Source: Takakia lepidozioides
Taxonomy: Eukaryota > Plantae > Bryophyta
DNA: 64,000 bases
Reading direction: 5' to 3'
NCBI GenBank assembly: GCA_030704615.1
Contig: CM060732.1
Location: 65,472,001 to 65,536,000, forward strand
Part shown: positions 57,730 through 64,000 of the stretch, one piece after another
Numbering within the stretch: the first letter of the stretch is position 1
Layout: each line of letters begins with the position of its first letter
Program-made: the position numbers and the translations under genes
The notes under the pieces: generated by a model
Databases searched by the model: none
Told to the model about the DNA's origin: nothing
What the model saw: only the letters and a program-made list of their open reading frames with translations

Positions 57730-60700
57730 CATGCAAATCGTGCCGCAAATGGTTTGTCATGGATACCACTGTATCCCTTCAACTTATTGGCATTGACTCT
57801 TCCCAGCATTTCTTTGTTAATGGTTTGTAACATGGCTGTGTTGTTATCATACATCTTCTATATGACATAAGGTCCTTTCCATGGTGATTTAAGCTTAGAA
57901 GCTTTAATCTTTCCCTTCTTCTGCAACCACAGTACCAAATCTCCCGTCTTAAAAGTCTTTAATTTACCTTCATCAAACCGATCCTTTCTCCTCATCTGAA
58001 TTCTGGTCATGTTGTCTGCTGCATCAGCACATACTTCTTCCACATGGTATAATTCATGTTTCCTGATCTTAATTGAATCTTCCAATTCCATTCTCCTCCC
58101 CCATTCAGTTCTCATGGTAGGTAACAAGAACTCCACTGGAAGTAAAGCTTCTATACCATAAACTAATTGGAATGGTGTATACTTAGTGGTGACTTTATAT
58201 GAAGTCCTGTATGACCACAAAGCTGTCAGCAGCTTTGTATCCCAATCTGTTCTGTTTGCATTGACTATCTTAGCCAAGATAGTACATAGTATTTTGTTGG
58301 TGGCCTCTGCCTGCCCATTACCCTGTGGGTAATAGGTTGTACTCTTCCTATGCACAATCATGAACTCTAGTCAATAGTTCTATGGTCTCATTAATGAAGT
58401 GACTTCCCTGGTCACTGATAAATTCCAGGGGACAACCAAATCTTGTAAGTATATTATCATACAGGAACCTTGCTGTAGACTTAGCTGTGTTGTCCCTCAG
58501 AGCTTTAGCTTCCATCCACTTTGTAGTATAATCAGTGGCTGTGATTATATACTTGTTCTGTGTATTTCTGGCTGGTGGGTTAATTGGTCCAACAAAATCT
58601 AGTCCCCATTTCTGAAATGGTTCAGTAGGCATCGTAGGATGCAAAGCCATCTTCCCAGATCTCTACAATGGCCCTAGCCTCTGACACTCATCACAACTCT
58701 TGCAATATTTGTGTACATCCTTGAACAAGGTAGGCCACCAGTAACCTGCAAGTAGTATCTTTCTACTGGTAGTCTCTTCTCCAAAATGACCTCCAGCCAC
58801 TCTTTTATGAACTTCCTCCAAAACTTTATTTACTTCATGGTGGTACAAGCATCGTTTAAGAACTCCATCAGGTCCTAGCTTATACATTCTGCCCCCTATC
58901 ATAGTATAAGGTAAAGCCTTGATAGCTATTCTCTTCCTCTGCTCCTTCCCATAACTAGGTGGGCACTAACCATGAGTAAGGTATTATCTGATTGGCCACT
59001 GCCAATCTAACCAATCATCTGCACTTCCATGCACCTCCACTGCAAATAAACTCGCATCAGGTAGTTGGTCGTCTACTCCCGTGGCGGGCTCTCCTGTTGC
59101 TAGGTAGGACTCCCGTGGCGGGCTCTCTTTCAGTTGTGCTATAGTTCCTTTCAACACTATTCATCAACCTGCTAGCATAGTACACAGGTGAATCTATGTT
59201 TCCTGTAACATTTTGGGCTAACACTGCTCCCAATGCTTCTCCTGAGGCATCACAGTGAACATGAAATACTACATGCCAGTGAGGGTTAATCAGCACAGGT
59301 GTAGTTGTTACTGACAATGTAAGGTCCTCAAAAGCTTGTTGACATTCAGCTGTCCATGCAAACACTGCATCTTTCTTCAGAAGCTTCCTCAATGGTGTTG
59401 TTATCTGTGCATACCGTCTGACAAATCTTCTGTAATAACTGGTTTGTCCAAGGAATCTCCTTAGACTCTTAACATTTCCTGGTGGTGGAGATGCTTTAAT
59501 AGCCTCTGTCTTTCTGGGATCCACAAGCAGTTCCCTCTTACACACAATGTGTCCCAAAAGTACCCCTGAATTCACACAGAAAGTACACTTTTCTGGATTC
59601 GGGCCCAGACCTCTCATCCTGCATCTGGCCAAACATAACTCCAATTTATGCAAGTGCTCATTCTTAGAACTGTACACACTGAAGTCATCTAAGAACACCT
59701 GCATGAAATCATCCAGATACTCATGGAAAGATTCACGTATCACTCTTTGAAAAGTTGCTGGTGCATTACAGAGTCCAAAAGACATGACTTTGTATGCATA
59801 GGCACCCCAGTCTGTGATGAAAGCTGTCTTTCCCTGGTCTTCTTCTGCCCCTTGCACTTGGTTATACCTACTGAAGCCATCCATGAATGAATACATCTCA
59901 TGGCCTGCCACAGTGTCCAGTACCGCTTCTGTGAATGACAAAGGGAAGGGATCTTTCTTTGTACAAGCATTCAACTTCTTATAGTTTACACAAACTCTCA
60001 GTTTACCATTCTTCTTGGGAACTATCACAATGGGTGACAACCAAGTTGTATACTCTATCGGGTATATGAACTTAGCCTCAGCCAACTTCTTGATCTCTTC
60101 CCCAACCTTCTGTGCATAGTTGGGATTCATTCTGTACCTAGCCTGTTTGATTGGTACTGACCCTGGTTCCGGTTCAATCTTATGCTGACAGATCTCAGGT
60201 GGTATCCCTTTCAGATCCTCATAGCTCCAAGCAAATACATCTCTGTATTTGATGAACAGACTCTTAGCTTCCTCAAAGAATTCTGGTTCCAAGTCAGCCC
60301 CTACTTTCACCATTCTCGGTTCCTTCTCAGTTCCCACATTCACTTCTCTCACTTGCTCATCAGCTGTGATTGTCCAACCAGTCACTACTTCATCCTGTAA
60401 ACTTACAGTGCTGGTTCTTCTAGGATTTCCATTTCTCCCTCTATTTCCTCATAGAAATGTGGTGGGTAACTGCTTGTTTCACCCACATTTGGTGTAGCTG
60501 TTACTACACCACAACAGATACCTTTTAAACAATTAAGGCCTTCCAGTTGCATTTCTGCAACCTGCTCCCACTCTGGGTGTGCAGCAAACAGAGTAGCTTC
60601 CTGCTCCTCATCAAGTCCTTTTCTCCAGTCATACTCTCTGACTCCTTGAGGTCTTCTCGCAGCAGGTAGTCTACTAAATTTCTTAGTGGTGATTTGTACC

Positions 60701-63521
60701 TTGCACTTCCCATCATGCACAGTTAGTAACTGGGAATTCCAGTCATGGAATACCCTGGCCTGTTTCAGCCATGGTCGACCCAGCAATAAGGAGTAAGCTT
60801 CCATGACATCATCCATTTTCAATACAGTCACTGTGATCTTAAAGATCATCTTTTGAATCTGTATCTTAACTCCTCTTATCAAGCCTAATGGCTGAACACT
60901 TCTTTGATCCGCCATTGTTATTGTGAATGGGGCTGGTTTCATGATACTTAGACCAAGCTTCTGCCTTAATTGGTTTGTCATGATATTAACTCCAGAGCCT
61001 CCATCTATCAATACATCAGTCAAGTCTGTGCTTCCAATTCTCAATTGGATTACTGGCATAGAATCATCAAAGTCCATGCCTGTTTCTCGCCCTTCTGGCT
61101 TCACAATATAGCTTGTCACCTTGCTGTTCAGGTCTGTGTTCCCTGTCACATGGGCAATCTGATTGATTGCTTGATACTGTCTGTGCCTACAATGAGGTGC
61201 CATAGCCAATAGCTGTCCAATGGTAATCTCCGCTTTGGACTGGCATATTACTTCAGCCAAAGTCCCTTCATTACCCTACACTTGTGCAGCTTCTTTCTTC
61301 ACTTCATCTTCTCTTTCAGAATCAGAGGAATCTGCCATAGGGATATCAGTACTCTTCTGCATTTCCCTTATGGTATCAGCCACTTCCTTGTGTAGTTCCT
61401 TATCATCTCTCCAAGCCTCATCATCTTCAGGCACATCAATGTCATCTTCATTATCTTCATCTTCCTCATCTACTGGAGGTATTAGTTTAGCTTTGCTTCT
61501 GGTTACTATCATCGTACTCACTTCTGGTACAAAACATGGCCTAACCATGTGAGCTGCCACCACTGGGCCCTCATTCACAGGAGCTCTCATCTCATTCTGG
61601 TGTCTGATCTAGAATGGACAGGCTGCCTTGCGATGTCCTGCCTGATTACAATAGTAACACAGTTCTTCACCATTGGGTCCTCACCCTTGATCTGCTCTGG
61701 GATTATTTCTATAACTTGGATTACCCTGATAGTTGCCCCTGGGATTGCCCTGGTAATTCCCTCTTGGATTACCTCTCTCTTCCATACCATTGTTATAACC
61801 ACCAGGCCTACCATAGTGGTCCTGATCACTGTTTCTTCTTGGCTGGGGCTGCACTTGATGCACCCTTACTTGCCTAGGTTCTCTTGCAGCTGTCCTTCTG
61901 TTGTAATAACAATTTTCAGTAGAATGGTTATCTATTTTACAGATAGTACAGTGTTTCTCCTTCATGTGGCATTCAGTTGTGGTATGGCCTTCATTCTGGC
62001 ATTTTGCACACCAAACACCCTTCCTCTAATGTGTTGCAGCCTCTGTGGCATACTTCTTCAAGATCTCTTCCAATCTTTTCTCATAGTTATCCCTCTTCAA
62101 CTTTTCCTTCTTCTTACTCTTCTTCTTGAGCTCTTGCTCTTCTTCCTCATCTGACTCCTCCTCAGAGTCCTCATCATCCCTTTTCTCTCTCCTGAGCATT
62201 CCCAGTTGCTCAATTCTGTTAGCTGTTTCAAATGCCTCCTCCACTGTATTATGGGGTAGCATATCCACTTTCTTTTGCAACTCTGGTCTTAGTCCACTCA
62301 CAAACCAAGTCTTCTGTAACCCTGGTGCTGGTACAGCAGCCAGCTTTTTCATCATTAATTCCATCTTTTCCATGTACTCTTCAATAGTTTCAAGCTTCTT
62401 TTGCCTTAACTGTTGTAAACTTCCATACACTTCGTCCTCAGTTTTGCTTGTCCTGAACCTATTTCGGAATGCCGTACTAAGGCCATTCCAGGTCAGGAAA
62501 TGTTAATCAGGGAATCTTACATACCATTCACTTGCTTTCTTAATAAGTGAACAAGGAAACAGTCTCATCTTGGCATCATCGCCATTCTCATTGTTCACAA
62601 TACACATGTGCTCAAATTGGCTAATGTGTACATCATGATCCCCTTTCCCTGCGTATATTGGAAAATGTGGTTTTGCCCGTGTTGGAATACCGCCATTTGT
62701 GGCCTTACACCCTGCCCTCCGGTAGGTGCTGGTCCTCTTGTTGGTGCTGGTCCTTGAGGACCTGTTGTAGTAGTGGTGGAACTCCCATCAGGTGCTGGCC
62801 CCTGAGCACTCCCTGCTACTGGCCCCACTATATTCACAGTATTCCCAGCTCCAGTTGCACTACTTCCCACACTCTTTGTCCCCCCATAGCCAAATCCAGG
62901 CTACCCGCCTGATCCCCCTGAACCGACACCTTCGTTGGCCTGTGATCCAAGTGCTCCACTTGATCTAGGTCCAACAGGTTGGGATGTCCTGGTTGTAGTC
63001 TCAACCTCAACTGTTGGGTCTACTTCTTCATCTTCCAATTTCTTCTCTCTGTTTTCATCTTCCAAGTTCTGCTCTTGGGTTTCTTCCTCTTCACTCATGT
63101 AACTCAATTGCAATGGTGTTGGAGAGTCTGAACTCTCCATTGGCTCTGCCACATCCACCCCTCCTTCTTTGTCTTCCGTTTCAGAAACTGGAGTTCTTGC
63201 TTTTGGTGTTCCATGCCAACTCTTATCAAAGATTTTTGTCAAATCTTTTATCCAAGGATGTACCTCAGATCTCTCCCCTCGTGGCTGATCTTCTTCCTGT
63301 ACCAAATCCCTTAATCTTTCTTGTAAAGAATAAGAAGGAGTGGCATCCAACTCTAGTTCCTCCGGTATGGGTGATGTACTCTCCGATCTTAATGGTGTGA
63401 GAGGTCCAGATGACTCCCCTATGTCTATTCCTCTCTCCCAAAGATATGGATAATTAGCTTTCAAATAACTCTCTCTCTTTGCTGAATATCTTTGAAGTCT
63501 AGCTTCTCTTTCATCACTCAT
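57730..63521 (-). pseudogene. gag-pol polyprotein (interrupted)
   Basis: Gag (FPCSL...EWY, FVSGLRPEL), three CCHC knuckles (about 61620-62010), protease LIDGGSG/LLGRPW (60403-61260), RT LRVCVNY/FGLCNAPATF/FLDDF, partial RNase H CDAS...YYASR...NYSTTERE (59057-60385), integrase HHCC (58663-58902), WGLDFVGP/SDQGSHF/NGQAE and GPY (57858-58650). Confidence 0.93.
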
Positions 63522-64000
63522 GTCCCATGTCTTTCATATCTTCAATGACGCAATAACCAAAACTCTCTTCTGTAGTATCTCTCGTATATGCCTGGGTTTC
63601 TTTCAAGCTTCAAAGCACCCTTGGCTATACTAGAAGTCTCTGTTTACCATATAACCATATGGCAAACACGTTTGGAAAGTTGTTCTTGGTGTAAGTTTGA
63701 TCCACAAGATATCCTTGGGAATCCAATTCTTTACCAGTACCACCTCTACAGGCCACCTGATAAATCTTTATCACTCCTTTCTCCAGACCCCACTCAGGGT
63801 CAGCATCATGCACTCTCTTAAGAATGTTTTTTTTACAACCGTCTGGCAATTCCAAGAACCTCAGAAAGAATTGTTTGGACAATCTTTCTTTCTCAGTTCC
63901 ATAGGGAATTTGATTCACATCAAATTCTTTAATTCTCCAACCACCATGATCCCACCAGATGCCTGTCACATCTGGTTGTTCTTGACCCAGTTCCCCAGTA

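Larger units (their letters stand above)
53474..64000 (-). mobile_element. Decayed Ty3/Gypsy LTR retrotransposon (non-chromovirus type) with extra ORFs; 5' end beyond the window
   Basis: Domain order gag-PR-RT-RH-INT on the minus strand, then an extra ORF, PPT and 3' LTR. Multiple stops and frameshifts. Confidence 0.92.

Overview
Eukaryotic, intron-rich land-plant DNA; a non-seed plant such as a bryophyte is my inference from gene content, not something I can prove. Three host genes look intact: a 9-exon Argonaute (+, 7327-13300, DEDH slicer tetrad intact), a 5-exon 2-oxoglutarate/Fe(II) dioxygenase (-, 22218-24867) and a multi-exon LRR receptor kinase (-, 27820-40297). They sit among many mobile elements: hAT-type MITEs with 8-bp target site duplications (TSDs), a non-autonomous CACTA, tRNA-derived SINEs, Copia and Ty3 relics, and a large decayed Ty3/Gypsy element with extra ORFs that runs off the right edge. 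The most unusual signal is a spliced, prokaryote-type amino (N4-cytosine/N6-adenine) DNA methyltransferase gene at 1-1309. A second, divergent fragment with the same intron position lies at about 50.9-51.2 kb among CACTA-like sequence. Together they suggest a multi-copy, possibly transposon-borne amino-MTase family in a plant. All assignments come from reading motifs by eye; no database searches were run.
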